Positions 50,682 to 63,173 of a DNA stretch of 64,000 nt are shown here, one piece after another; the first letter of the stretch is position 1, and each line of letters begins with the position of its first letter. Location of the stretch: NCBI GenBank assembly GCA_014905635.1, contig JABVCE010000008.1:372001-436000 (forward strand), in the 5' to 3' direction. The stretch comes from Scenedesmus sp. PABB004 (taxonomy: Eukaryota). Under the pieces are notes generated by a model, which had not been told where the DNA came from, made no database searches, and was given only the letters and a program-made list of their open reading frames with translations. The translations under genes were made by a program, and so were the position numbers.

Positions 50682-51987
50682 ATGGCGGAGCCTGACTTCC
50701 TGGGCCTGGGAGGCGGCACGCTCGGTGGGCGCGCCGGCGGGGCAGCGGGCGCGGGCGCAGGAAGCGCCGCAGCGAGCGCCCGCCGCCCCGGGCCGCAGGC
50801 GCGTCGTCGTCGGGCGACTCCAGCAGCAGCGGCGACTCGGACGACAGGTGTGCGGCGCGGCGGCCCGCCGCGCGCCGCCGCCGCCGCCACTGCGGCCCGG
50901 CGCGCTTTGAGCAGCGCGCCGCCCTCGCGCCGCCCGCCCGCGCAGCGCCGACAGCGCGCAACGGCGCGCGGCGGCGGCGGCGGTGCGGCTGCAGGACTTC
51001 CACGCGGAGGCGGAGATCGAGCCCACGACCGCGCTGCCGTCGGCGGCGGCCGCGTTTGACAACGTGCGGCGGCAGGGCCCCGCGCAGCCGGCGCGCGGCA
51101 GAGAGGGAGAGACGCGCCCCGCGCCCGATCAGCAGATGCGCGCCGCCGCGCCGCGCCGCGCCGCGCCGCGCAGGTGTCGGGCCGGCCGGCGTTCCTCGAC
51201 CCCGAGGCCACGCGGCCGCTCGCGGTCAGCGCGACGCACGGCCTCGCGGCGGCGCCCGGCCGCGGCGGCGGGGGCCCGGCGCGGCGCTTCACCGCCAAGG
51301 ACCGCGCGCACGTCGGCGACGACTTTGACGTCGCCAAGCTCGCGCCACCGCTCAAGGGCCAGCAGGAGTGCGTCGCGGCGACGGCGGGGCGGCGCGGGGC
51401 GTGTGGGCGGCGGCGGGCGCGCGCAGCTGCGGCCGCGCGCGGCGCCGCCGACGCGCCCCACACGCCGCGCGCGCCCGGGCGCCGGCGCCGCCGCCGCGGC
51501 CGCGCAGGCAGGAGGGGAAGCGGGGGCCGCCGGGCGCGGTGATTGAAGGCAAGGCGAAGCGCTACAAGCTGGAGGACGGCCCAGAGGCGACGCAGACCTA
51601 CACGCCCGCGCAGGCGCGGCACCGGCGGCGGCGGCGCGGCGGGGCGGGCGGCGGCGCGGCGCGCACAGCAGCGGGGGTCGCCTGCGGCGCGGGCGGCCCG
51701 CGCGGGCGGCCCACGCGCCGCCGCCGCGCGTGGCGCAGATTGCGATGATGGGCGGCAACGTGGAGCACCTGATCGGCGCCGACGGCGGCGGCAAGGCGGC
51801 GCGGGGGCCCGCGACGCGGGCGATGCCGGTGTCTGAGTTTCTCGACAAGGGCCCGGGCGGCGCGGTGCTGCCGCGCAAGCAGCAGGACCGCAAGGAGAAG
51901 GAGAAGGCCAAGCGCGCCGCGGGGCAGTCGACGCACGCGCACTGGAAGAGCGAGGCGGAGATGGCGCTGCGGCAGCAGTACGACTGA
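50682..51987 (+). CDS. Conserved hypothetical, probably nuclear, protein, about 6 exons
   Basis: LPSAAAAFDN|VSGRPAFL and C-terminus RKEKEKAKRAAGQSTHAHWKSEAEMALRQQYD*, resembling a small conserved plant protein I recall but cannot name firmly. Confidence 0.7.
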
Positions 51988-52252
51988 CACGGCGGCGCCG
52001 CGGCGCGGGTGCTGTGGGCGGGGCGGGGCGGCGCGCTGCGACGCGCGCGGGCGGGCGGGCGGGCGGGCGGCGTGAACCCCTGCGGCGGCGGCGGGTCGCC
52101 CAGCGCCACCCGCCCGCGCCCCGCCAGAGAGCCGCCCAGCGCAGCCGCCGAGCGCGCGGCCGCCGCCGCTGGCTGCGACACCCGCCCGCGCTGCGCCGCT
52201 GCTCGCTCGCCGGGTGTGCCGCGGCGCCAGGCTGCCCGCACGGCGCGGCACC

Positions 52253-53377
52253 ATGCTCCTACGACGGAGCGCCAGCTCGCCAGCGGGGCGGTCAGCGCGC
52301 AGTGCTGCGCGGCGAGCAGCGCCGCCAGCGCGGCGCGGCCTCGCGTGCGCTGCGCAGCTCGAGCAGCGCCCCGGCCCAGTCGCAGCAGTCGCATCATTGG
52401 CATCCGAGCCGTCGCTGTCCCGCCGCCAGCTTCTGGGCGCCGCCGCCGGCTGCGGCGCCGCGGGCGTGCTGCTGCGCACCGCGGCGCCGGCGGACGCGGC
52501 CGCCGCCGCTCTTGGCTGGGACCGGCGCGTGGTAGAGTTCACGCTGCCCAACAAGCTTCACTTCATCGTGCTCGAGCGCCGCAACGCGCCCGTCGTGGCG
52601 TGCACCGTCCACGCGCGCGTCGGCGCCTGGGTCGAGGAGGACGGCAGCACGGGCGCGTGCCGCCGCGCCGCGCCGCGCCGCGCAGCCGCCCGCCCGCCCG
52701 GGCCGCGGCCCCACCCCGGCGCCCGCGCCTGCGCCGCCGCACACGCGCAGGCCTCGCGCACCTGCTCGAGCACCTCGCGTTCAAGGGCACGCCGCGCGTC
52801 GGCAGCCGCGACTGGCCCGCCGAGGCCGCGCTGCTGCGCGCGCAGGACGAGGCCTTCTATGAGCTCCGCCACCTCCGCCGCGCCGCCGCCGCGGGCGGGC
52901 GCAGCGCCGCCGCCGCCGGCCGCATGGCCGCGCTGCAGGCGCGCTTTGCGGCGCTCAAGGTGCGCCGCCGCGCGGCGCAGCGCGTCCGGGCTGGGGCGCT
53001 GGCGCGGCGCTGGCGCGGCGCCGCGACACCGCCCACGCGCGCACGCGCGCGCCCCGCGCCGCAGGACGAGGCGGAGCAGCTCGCCGTGCCCAACGCGCTT
53101 GGCTCGCTCCTGCAAGAGGCCGGCGCGGTGGGGCTGAACGCTGCAACCAGCCATGACAACACCAGGTACTTCTGCCAGCTCCCGTCCAACAAGCTGGAGC
53201 TCTGGTTCGCGCTCGAGAGCGAGCGCTGGCAGTGCCCCGTGTTTAGGTCGGCCCCGCGCCCTGCGCCGCCGCCGCCGCGCGCGCGCGCGCCGCTGCGCGT
53301 GCCCTCTGCGCGCCCGCCCCGCGCTGCCACCGGGGCGCGCCGCCGCGCGCCCTCCGTGCGCCCGCGAGCACGGCGCT

Positions 53378-53419
<42 letters not shown>

Positions 53420-54716
53420 GCGCCGCAGGCAGCTGTACACTGAGAAGGAGGTCATCGTCGAGGAGCGGCGCGCGCGCTACGAAAACTCGCCGCTCGGGCG
53501 CTGGAGCGCGGGCTACCTCGCCGCCGCGCTGGACAACCCGTACGGCCGGCCCGTCATCGGCCGCGCGGCCGACTTTGACGACTTTGGCAGCGCCGAGGTG
53601 GCGGCGTTTGCGGCCAGGCGCGCGACACGCGTGCGCGCGCACCCGGCGCGGGCCGGGCCACGGCCTGCCGCAGCGGCGCGGCTCACCCACGCTTCACCGC
53701 GCCTCGCCGCGCCGCGCGCCTCGCCGTGCCGCAGGTGGTACCACCCCGCCAACCTGACCGTCGGCGTCGTCGGCGACGTCGACGCCGGCGAGGTGCAGCG
53801 GCTCGCGGAGCGCTACTTCGGGGGCTGGTCCACGCCGCCCGGCGCGCAGGCGGTGACCGCGAGCGTGGCGCAGCTCGCGGCGGAGCCGCTGCCGCGCCCA
53901 GCCGCGGCAGCGACGACGGGCGGCGGCGGGCCTGCGCCGCCGGGCGAGTTTGTCGAGCGCAGTGCGGCGGGGCCGCTGCTCGCGCTGGGCTATTACCGGC
54001 CCACGCTCACGGGGCGGCGCGGCACCGCGCTGGAGGTGCGGGCCCGGGCGGCCGCGCCGGCCGGCGGCGACGTGGCACGCGCGCGCCCGGCTGACGCGCG
54101 CTGGCCTTGCGCCTTGTGCAGGTCGCGGCCGACGTTCTGAGCGGCGGCCGCAGCAGCAGGCTGGTGAGCCGGCTCGTGCTTCGCGGCGACTGCCTGTCTG
54201 CCAGCTGCCTGCCTGGCTACCCCGGCGAGCTGCACCCAGGCCTCGCGCTCGTGTCGGCCGTCCCGCAGCCCGGTGCGCCGCGTGGGCCGGGATGCTGGCG
54301 GCGGTCGCCGCGCCGCCGGCGGAGGGCTGACCCGCGCTGCGTGACGCTCGGCACGCTCTCACAACCGGGCCGCTGCCGCCGCCGCCGCCGCTGCCGCAGG
54401 GCGCAGCCTGGACGCGCTGGCGGAGCAGCTGCAGCAGCAGCTCGACGCGCTTGCGGGCGACGGGCCGAGCCAGCAGGAGCTGGGCCGGGTCACGGCGGCC
54501 GCGCGCGTGGGCTTGTTGTCGTCGGGCACCAGCAACTCGGCCATGGCCGGCCTGCTGGCCAGCTACCACGCCGCCACGGGCAGCTGGCGCGGCGTGCTGC
54601 AGGAGCTCGACGCGGTGGACAGCCTGTCTGCAGCGGAGGTCGCGGACGTCGCAGCGGAGGTCTTTGCCGGGGGCAACGCGCCGTTCCGCGGCACGGCGCT
54701 GCCGCTGTCGGCCTGA
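52253..54716 (+). CDS. M16 (insulinase/pitrilysin-like) zinc metallopeptidase with bipartite plastid/Tat-like targeting sequence
   Basis: VEFTLPNKLHFIVLERRNAPVV, G|LAHLLEHLAFKGT (HxxEH), GLNAATSHDNTRYF, LESER, NPYGRPVIG, WYHPANLTVGVVGDVD. Confidence 0.9.
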
Positions 54717-54855
54717 TCGCGCGGTGTGCGGTGCTGGGCGGAGTGCGCGCTGTGCTGGGCTGGGCTGAGGTTCTGCTCTGCGCTGTGTGTGGGACCTGCC
54801 GCGACCCGTTCGGAACCGCCTCGACACGCGCCGAAGCCGCTTGCCGCTCACCATT

Positions 54856-57800
54856 CTAGAATAGATCTATGACCCGGGCGGCGGCGCCGTCGCCGCCACG
54901 CGCCGCGCGCGCGCTCACGCGCAGCCCGCGCCCCGCCAGCCACCGGCAGGCCCTCTTGTGCTGCGCGTAGTGCGCCTTGGCGCACGCGGGGCTGCAGTAG
55001 GTGGCGCCGCACGCGGCGCAGGCCAGCGCCGCCAGCGGCGCGTCGGGGTCGACCGAGCCTTGCGGCTGCCGCCCGCCGCGAGCGCCGCCGGCGCCCCCGC
55101 CGCAGCCCAGGTGGTTGCACACCACCGGCAGTGGCGACAGCGACGCGACTTGAGCGCAGAAGCCGCGCATGGCGGCGAGCGCGTCCAGCACGCCGGGCTC
55201 GTCGTCCTTGTCCAGCACCGCATTCGCATTCTTGAGCGTGCCGCGCACCCCGTCCATGCCAGCGAGCGCCACCACCTCGGGCGACGCCCACAGGTGGAGC
55301 AGGTGCTCCCACGCGCGGCCGACCCCGCCGCACGGGCCGCCGGCGCGGTCGCCGCCGGCGCCGCCCGGCGCGGCGCCCCCTCCGGCGGCGGGCGCGACCT
55401 GGGGCGAGGTCAGAATGGTCACCATCAAGCACATGGCGCTGGCGACGCACCCCGCCTTTGTGTGGAGCTCCAGCCTCGCTGGCGCGGGCTCGAGCGACTC
55501 CAGCGGCGGTTCGGCGAGCGCGAACGCGTACCGCGCCGCCAACGCCATCAGCAGCACCGCGCTGGCCGTGGCCTGCCTGCTGCAGCCGGCCGCCTGCACC
55601 ACCCCCCGCGCGGTGTCCAGCAGCGGGCTCAGCACCTGGTCAAAGGGATTGCTCCGCGCCGAGAGGTCGGAAGAGAACCTGCGCTCCGCCTGCGCGACGC
55701 TCGCGACCGCGCCCACCAGCGCGGTGACCGCGGGGACGTCGTCGAGCGCCCACCGTGCCGCGTCGCACGCGCCGCCGCCGGCGGCGCGCGTGTCGGCAGG
55801 CTCACAGCTGCACAGCCCGACGAGCAGCAGCGCCACGAGCCGCCGCGTGCTGGCGCGGGTGGCCTCCTGGTCATGCGGTGTGTGGCACTGCAGCAGGAGC
55901 CGCGCGCACAGCCCCAGCAGCCGGAAGTACTCGACCGGGTGGCGCGCTGCCAGCTGGGCGACGGGGAGCGCCGTCAGCCGGTCTGCGGCGGCGGCGGCGC
56001 AGCCGGGGGGTCAGTGAGGGCGCCAGCGCCAGTGCCAGCGGCTGTGCGCGCAGCAGCCGCCGCCGTGCGCGCGGCTCGTCAGCGCGCCCCAGCGGGGCCC
56101 GGCGCGCCGCCGCACCCTTGTCGCTCCAGCGCGGCTCGTCCAGGACGCCGCCGAGCATGTCTGCCACCTCGCGTGCGGGCAACGAAGCGCCGGCCGCGGG
56201 GCCCGAGCGGGCGGCGTGCGCGACCCGTGCGGCCAGGCCCTGCAGCAGCTGCAGGCCGGAGGCCTCGTACACCTGCCGCACTGATGCCTCGGCCTCAAGG
56301 CGGGCAAGGTTCAACTGCTTCCGCAGCAGGACGTGGCAGTCATCCAGCGCGGCGGCCCACTGCTGCCAGTCCTCGCCCGCCAGCTCCGCCGGCGCCGCCT
56401 GCTCCGCAAACCAGCGCGCCTGCGCCTGCGCCGCCAGCAGCAGCTGCATCTCCACCACCAGCTGCAGCGCCTCCGCGCTCAGCGCCACGCGCGCGCCCAT
56501 GAAAACGACCTGGGGCACCAGGCTGGCGGCGAGGTGGTGCAGCGTGCGCTTGATCGCGTACGCCGTGGGCGCAGGCAGCCACTGCAGGAAGCCCGCGCCC
56601 GGCGGCTGCCAGAGCAGGCGGCGGCGCGGGTCTGGCACCACGAGCAGGTCGGCCCGCAGCGCCCGCCGCAGCCGGCGCAGCAGCTGCTGCCCGCCGGCCT
56701 GCGCATCCTCGAGGCGCGCCGTGTTGGCCGCGTGCAGCATCGTCAGCTGCGAGCTGAGCTGCACGAGCGCGCCGCGCGCGTAGCGCTCGTCGCTGAGTAG
56801 CGTGCCGTACGACAGCGACGCCGCCGCGCGCACCGGGGCCGGCACGCCCGCGGGCGAGCGGTCCTGGACCATGTCCAGCACGCCGCCCAGCAGGCACGCC
56901 ACGTCCTGGCACGCGCCCACGAGCGGGTCCAGCACGGCGCCGGGCTCCATGCTGCCGGCCGCGACCAAGGCGGCGGCGGCGCGGCCGTCGGCGTCGGCGC
57001 CGCGTATCGGCGGGAACATGCCGTGCCGCTCGCCAAACGCGCACGCCACGCCCAGCAGCCCCGCGGAGTGCTGGTAGATGGACGGCGCGTGCGCGGGCAC
57101 GGCCGTCGCGGCGCTCACGGCCTCGGTCAGCGTCGCGAGCGCCAGGCACGCCGCGGCACAGGGCTCGCCCACCTCGTCCACCTCGTCGATGAGCCCCGCC
57201 AGCAGCTGCAGGCACTCCTGCACGAGGCCTGCGCGCGCGGCGGCGGCGGCGGCGGCGGCCCGGCCGGTCAAGGCGCGGCGCCGGGCGCGGCGGCGCGGCC
57301 GCGGCGGCGCCCGCGCGCTGCCGCGCCGGAGCTGCTGCGCGGGGCGCGGCCCGCCGCCTCACCGGTCTCCTCCAGCTCGTCAACCACCTTCACAAACGTC
57401 GCCGCGCCTGGCGCGAACTCGCCGTGCACCTCCCAGAGCAGCCGGAACACGCTCGACAGGTCTGCGGGCGCGGCGGCCGTGCAGTCAGCCGGGCGGGCCG
57501 CGCGCGCCGCCGCGCGCGCCGCCCCCGCCGCCGCATTGCTGCCCCCGCCGCCCGCGCCGCGGCGCACTCCGCATGCACAGCAGCCACGCGACGCCGATCG
57601 CGCTCGCGGGCAGGCCGCCGTGCTTGAACTGCACGTCGAGGCACTGCGGCGCGCGGCACATCCACGCGGCGATCCGGCCGAGCGCCTCGACCGGCCTGCC
57701 GCTGACAACCTTGGCGAGGTGCCCCGCCGCCGCCGCCGCGTCGGCGGGGCGCTCGGGGAGCGAGGGCGGGTCGAGGTGCGTGCGCAGCGCGGTGATCTGG

Positions 57801-58066
57801 GCCATGATCTCATCCGCGAGCGTCACGACCTCCACGATGAGCGGGTGGTACCTCGGCGGCACCGGCGGCGGGGACATCATCAGCGCCGACGTGTGCGAGC
57901 GCTTGAAGATCGTGCCCAGCTTCAGCGACGCCGCGGCGCACGCGGCCGCCGCGGCGGCGGCGCTGCCGCCGGCGCCGGGGCGCACGCCCGGCGGCGGGTC
58001 GGCGGCGGCCGCCGCCGCGGGCGTCGGCGTCGCCGCCTGCCCTGCCGAGCGCCGCCGCGGCGGCAT
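54856..58066 (-). CDS. Ala/Leu-rich helical protein with C-terminal MYND-type zinc finger
   Basis: PVVCNHLGC...CAACGATYCSPACAKAHYAQHKRAC; about 4 exons; this architecture is an expanded family in chlorophytes. Confidence 0.75.
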
Positions 58067-58760
58067 GCCGCCGGCGTCACCAGCACCGGCAGCCGGGACG
58101 CCGCGGACTCAGGCGGGCCGCGCCGCGCGCAGGCGGCCTGCTGCGCAGGCCTGCTGCGCAGGCGGCGGTGCCCGCGGATCGGCGCGTGGCGTTGCTGCGC
58201 TGCAGCAGCTGCGCCCAGCTGTGTGGCGCAGGACGCGCGCGCCCGTGGGGCGGCAGCGCGCGCAGGCAGGCCGCGCAGGCCGCGTGCGGGCAGCGGGCAG
58301 CGCACCGCTCGCCCGGCGCGGCCTGGCGCGGCGCGCGCACGGCTGCCGGTGGTCGCGGATGACAGCCCGCGAGGCTGCGAGCACGGCGACGCACGCGGCC
58401 GCCCGCGCGACCGGCTCTGCTGCTGCGCGTCCCCCGGCTGCGGCGAGCCTCTCTGCGAGCTAGAGGCGGTGGCGGACTGCGCGGTGGCGGACTTCCCGGA
58501 CTGCTGGGCGGGCGGGGGGCGCAGGCGCTTGTCACCGGCACACCCGGGGGGGCGCCGCCGCTGCGACGTGGCCGGCAAGTTTCAGCCGGCTGGGGCCTCC
58601 GCAGCGTCTGCTGCTGCCGTGGCCCCTCCCACTCCCATCCCGCGTGCCTGCAGCATCTGCTGCTGCCATGCCCGCGCCCGCGCGCGCGCGCGCGCGCGCG
58701 CGCGTCCAAGCTTCTTGCGCAGAAGCTCAAGTCATTGATTGAGGTCCAAGGAGGCACCCC

Positions 58761-60991
58761 TCACGCCGTGAGCGTGGCCAGGAGCACCTCGGTCAGCGTG
58801 GCGGCGTCGGTCGCGGCGCTCGCGCCGACCGCGCGCGCCGCAGGCGCCGGCGCGAACGCGGCCTCCACCCACGCCGGCCGCGCAGGCGACGGCGACTGCG
58901 GCGGCGCGGCGGCGGCGGCGGGCGGGCGGGCGGAGGGGTGTTGGGTAGCCGCGGCGGGCGTGGGCAGCGCGCCGGCGCAGCCGCGCAGCCCAGCAGCCCG
59001 CGCGCACCGGCGAGGGCGAGGGCGACGGCGACGGTGAGGGCGAGGGGGAGGGCGACGGCGAGGGTGGTGGCGAGGGCGACGGCGTCGTCGCCGGCGGCGG
59101 CGACGGCGTTATCGGCGGCGCCACCGGCGGCGGCGCCGGCGGCGGAACCGTGGGCGGCGTGCCCGGCGGCGGGGGTGCCGTCGGCGGCACGCCCGCCACG
59201 GGCGGCACGCCCGGCGGGCCGGACGCCGGCGTCTGCGCGGGCGCGCGGGCGGGCGGCGCACGGGCGCGGGTGGTGGGCGCCGGCCGCGCCGGCGCGCGCC
59301 CCGCGCGGCCACGCCGCGGCGCCCCCGCCATGCATGGGCACCGCCGCCGCCGCGCCGCGCGCCGGGCTCTCACCGCCGGGATCAGCGGCGCCGAGGGCAG
59401 GCCGTTGATGGTCGGCAGCCGCGCCGCTGGCATGCTGGTGAGGTTGAAGCCGCAGGGGATGCCCACCGAGATCATGGTCCCGTTGGGCGCGCCCACGGGG
59501 CAGGGGTAGGAGATGAGCGCCGCGTCGGGGACTGCGCGGCGGCGGGCGGCGGGCGGGCGGCGGGCGGCGGGCGGGCGGCGGTCGTGAGCGGCCGCGCCAG
59601 AGGAGCGACCCGCCCTGCGCCGCGCCGCGGCCCAGCACCGCCCGCCCACGCTCCCCGCCCCGGCGCCGCAGCTCACAGTAGGAGGAGTTGGTCACCACAA
59701 AGAGCGCGCTGCCCACCGCCTCGCCGTAGTAGGGCCGCGCAAAGCCGTAGCTCCCGCCGGGGCCGTACGTCCCGGTCGCCTTGTTGAACGGCCCCGCCCA
59801 GCCGCCGCCGTACGTGCCCGCGACCGCGCCGCCGGGCCCCGCGCGCACGAGCAGGCCGCCCGCGGTGCCGCCGGTGGACACGACGTTGCCCGCCGCGTTC
59901 ACCGCGGGCGTGATGCGCGACGTCGCGACCGGCCCGCCGTACGACGGCCCCACGAGCGACGCGGCGAGGCCGAGCGTGTGCTGCGAGTTGAGCAGCGTGT
60001 CGAGGAAGCCGTCCACAAAGCGCCCGCCCGTGCCCGTGCCGTACGGCTGGTCCAGGTCGATGCCGTCCGGCTGGCGGCCGGGGAAGATGATGTTGTCAAT
60101 GTTCGCGCTCGTCGGCTCGACGGGAAACACAAACGGCTGCAGCAGCCGCCGCGCCGCGCCGGCGGCGGCGAGCAGGCGCCGCCGGCGCGCGGGCGGCGGC
60201 GGCGGCGGCGCCCCGCCGCCCGTGCTGCTGCGCCGCAGCCACGCCGGCAGCAGGCGCCGCGCGAGGCGCCGCAGGCCGGGCAGCGGCGCCGGGGCGCGCC
60301 CGCCGGCGGCCGCGCCCGGCGCCGCGCCCACGCGCACGCGCGCGCCGGGCAGCTCCCTGGGCGGGGCGCCGCCGCGCGCCGCGAGGCCGGCCGCCGCCAG
60401 CTCCTGCTGCCGGCGCGCCAGGCTGGCCCCGACCCCCCGCGGCGCGCCGGCGGCGCGCCGCAGGCCCGGGTGCAGCGGCACCCAGGTGCTCGCGCCCACG
60501 CGCACCGCCGCGGCGCCGACGACCGCCGCGCCGCCGCAGCTGGCCGCGAGCACGCCGCCGCTCACGCTGCAGCGGAACGCGCCGGCGCTGCTCGCGAAGC
60601 AGCGCGTGCCCGGCAGCTCCACCGGGCACGCCACCGCCTGCAGGCGGCCGCCGTCGGCGCACCAGGCGGTGTGGCGGGCCTGGCAGGTCTCCGGCTCGCA
60701 GCGCGGCGCGGCGGCGGCGCCGCCGCCGGCGCAGAACTCGGCCGCGCGGCAACCGCCGGCGCCGCACGCGCCGCCCGCCCGCCCGCACGCCACGGGCTGG
60801 CCGGATCCGTCCGTGCAGCTCGCGCCGGCGCAGTGCCCGCCCGGGGGCGCGCAGACGCCGGGGGCCCCGCAGGGCGCGCTGCCGGGAGGGCAGCCAGCGC
60901 TGGCGGGCCGCAGGGCACGCGCGCGTGGCGCGGCGAGGGCCCACAGGAGAGCCAAAAGTGTCACCAAGCTCGTGCCAGCTCGGCGCGCCAT
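58761..60991 (-). CDS. Secreted protein with Cys-rich N-terminal domain, Gly-rich middle domain and (SP)n/Pro-rich extensin-like tail
   Basis: Signal peptide SLVTLLALLWALAAPRARA; many Cys in the first ~150 aa; RRLL motifs; PSPSPSPSPSP; last exon ending TLTEVLLATLTA*. Confidence 0.7.
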
Positions 60992-61331
60992 GCTGTGCAG
61001 CGCCGGCGCGGCCAGGCCGGGCGCCCGCCTGCGCGCATGCGCGGGCTGGTGCGGCCTGCTGAAGAAGCGCGAGAGCCGCAGGCCAAGCTCGATCAGACGG
61101 GAGGCGTGCCAGCGAGTGGTGAGCGTGCTGCGTGGGCGGCGGCGTGCGTCCAGCAGACGCGCAGCTGCGCACCCCGTCAAAAAACACACCACACCGCCCG
61201 CCCAGCCCGGGCGCCCCTCCCCCGTCTTCAGCTGACCATCATATCGCCATTGCCGAGCGCCCGCGGCCCAACTGCCGCAACCGACTCACTCGCTGCTCTC
61301 GTGGCAACGCTCGCGCTCCGCGCCCCGCGCC

Positions 61332-62884
61332 ATGGCGCTCGCGTGGCTGCGCCGCCCGCCACCACCTGCGCCCACCACGCGCCGGCGCGGCGGCGCGACG
61401 CCGCTGCGCCGCGCGGCGGCGCTGCGCGCGCGGGCGGCAGCAGCGACGCGCCCCTCGGCAGCGGTGCCGTGGTGTCGCCGCCGGCGCCGTTCACCGCTGC
61501 CGACAACGCGCACGCGCTGGCGACCAACATGGGCTGCGTGGCCGAGCCGGGCGCGCCCGTGAGCGGGTACGTGGGCCGCTGGCGCCGCTTCGCTGGCGCG
61601 TCGCAGCTGGACGCGGACGGGGACATCACATACGGCTTCAGGCGCGGCGGCCGCCGCCGGCGGCGGCGCAGGCGTCCCAGGCCCGGCCGGGCGCGCGTGC
61701 GCGCGCACGCGCACACGCGCCGCGGCCGCGCCGCCACCGCGCCCGGCGACCTGCGCGGCGCCGCGCGCCGCGCAGGCCCAAGCCGGGCGCGCCGGAGGTG
61801 ACCCAGGTCTGGAAGGCGGAGGAGGGCGACCTGTCGTCGCCGCGGCTGCAGGCGCAGCGCGCGAGCTTGCCCGCGCTGCAGACCGACCCGCTGCAGGCAG
61901 AGCTGCCCGTCGACACGCTGGTGGTCGAGCTGCCGCCCGGCGCGCCGCTGCTCAACGTGCGGCGCACGCGGCGGGCGGCAGCGGGGGCGGCCGCGCCGGC
62001 GAGCGCCCCGGCGCGCGCCGCCCACGGCGCACGCGCCCGCCCACGGCGCACGCGCCCGCCCACGGCGCGCGCGCCGCCCACGGCGCACGCGCCCGCCCGC
62101 CCGCCCGCCGGCCCACCCGCGCGCTGCACACGCCGCAGCCGAGCTTTGCCGGCGTCGAGCCCGGCCAGCTCGCGGCCGCGATGCGCGCGGTGGCGGTGCC
62201 CGGCTGGGGCAACACGGTGCTCGCGGGCGGCCTGCCTGAGGTCGCCGCGCCGGCTGAGGCCGCAGCGCGGCCGGGCGGCGCCAAGTGGTTCAACCGGCTG
62301 TACCTGCGGGTGCGGGGGCGGCGGCGCGGCGGCAGCGCAGCGGCACGGCTGCGCACCAACGCGGCGGCGACTCCACGCGGCTGCGCGGCCCCAACCCTCG
62401 CGCGCCTGCGCGCGCGCAGGTGCCCGGCCCCGACGGCGGGCGGCGCTGGAGCATCATGCTGCACTATGACGCTGCCGCGACGGGGGAGCTGGCCAGCCAC
62501 TACGCCACGTGGGAGGCGGCGATTAGCCCGCGCCCCGAGTCGCTGGAGGCCGTTTTTGCGCCGGGCGCGCACGCCGGCTGCCTCGCTGCCGCGGGCATGG
62601 CCGGGGGCGCGCGGCGCGGCGGCAGCATCGACGCGGTGCACGCCGCGCGCGCCGGCGAGCTGGAGTGCACCTGGACGCTCATCAGCTGGGACGGCGCCGG
62701 CGCGGCGAGCGTGTCGCGCGGCACGGGCGGCGACTGGGCCTCGCTGCGCGGCGGGCCCGAGGGCCATGAGGTGTGGCACCACGAGTGCGGCGCCTACTGG
62801 CGCGCGCCCCCGAGCATCGCGCCCGCGGCGCTCGCCGGGCGCGACGCCGTGCTCGAGGTCGGCGTGGCGGCGGAGCTGGGCGCC

Positions 62885-62917
<33 letters not shown>

Positions 62918-63016
62918 ATCGTGCGCTGGCTGCTGAGCTACGCCTCGACCGGCGACCGGCGGCTGCAGTGGGCGCGGCACGAGGTCTGGGCGCCGCGCGG
63001 CGGCGGCGGCGCGTGA
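61332..63016 (+). CDS. Hypothetical beta-barrel protein, tentatively DUF3598-like; 5' end uncertain
   Basis: Coding-like exons (YVGRWRRF...ITYGF|, |VTQVWKAEE, KWFNRLYLR|, RRWSIMLHYDA, VLEVGV...IVRWLLSYASTG); family call is from memory of the repeated 'R..YD..G' halves only. Confidence 0.5.
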
Positions 63017-63173
63017 GGTCGACCTGCAGCGAGCAGCGGCGGCGCAGCCAAATAACCCTTGTTGCAACTCGAAATGCAGCGCGCGCGTCACTTTCGGCAT
63101 TCAGTCGTGCTGAAACGCGCTCAGGCAGGCAGGCACGCAGCACGGCGCCAGGGAGCGACGCAAACACGGCGCC

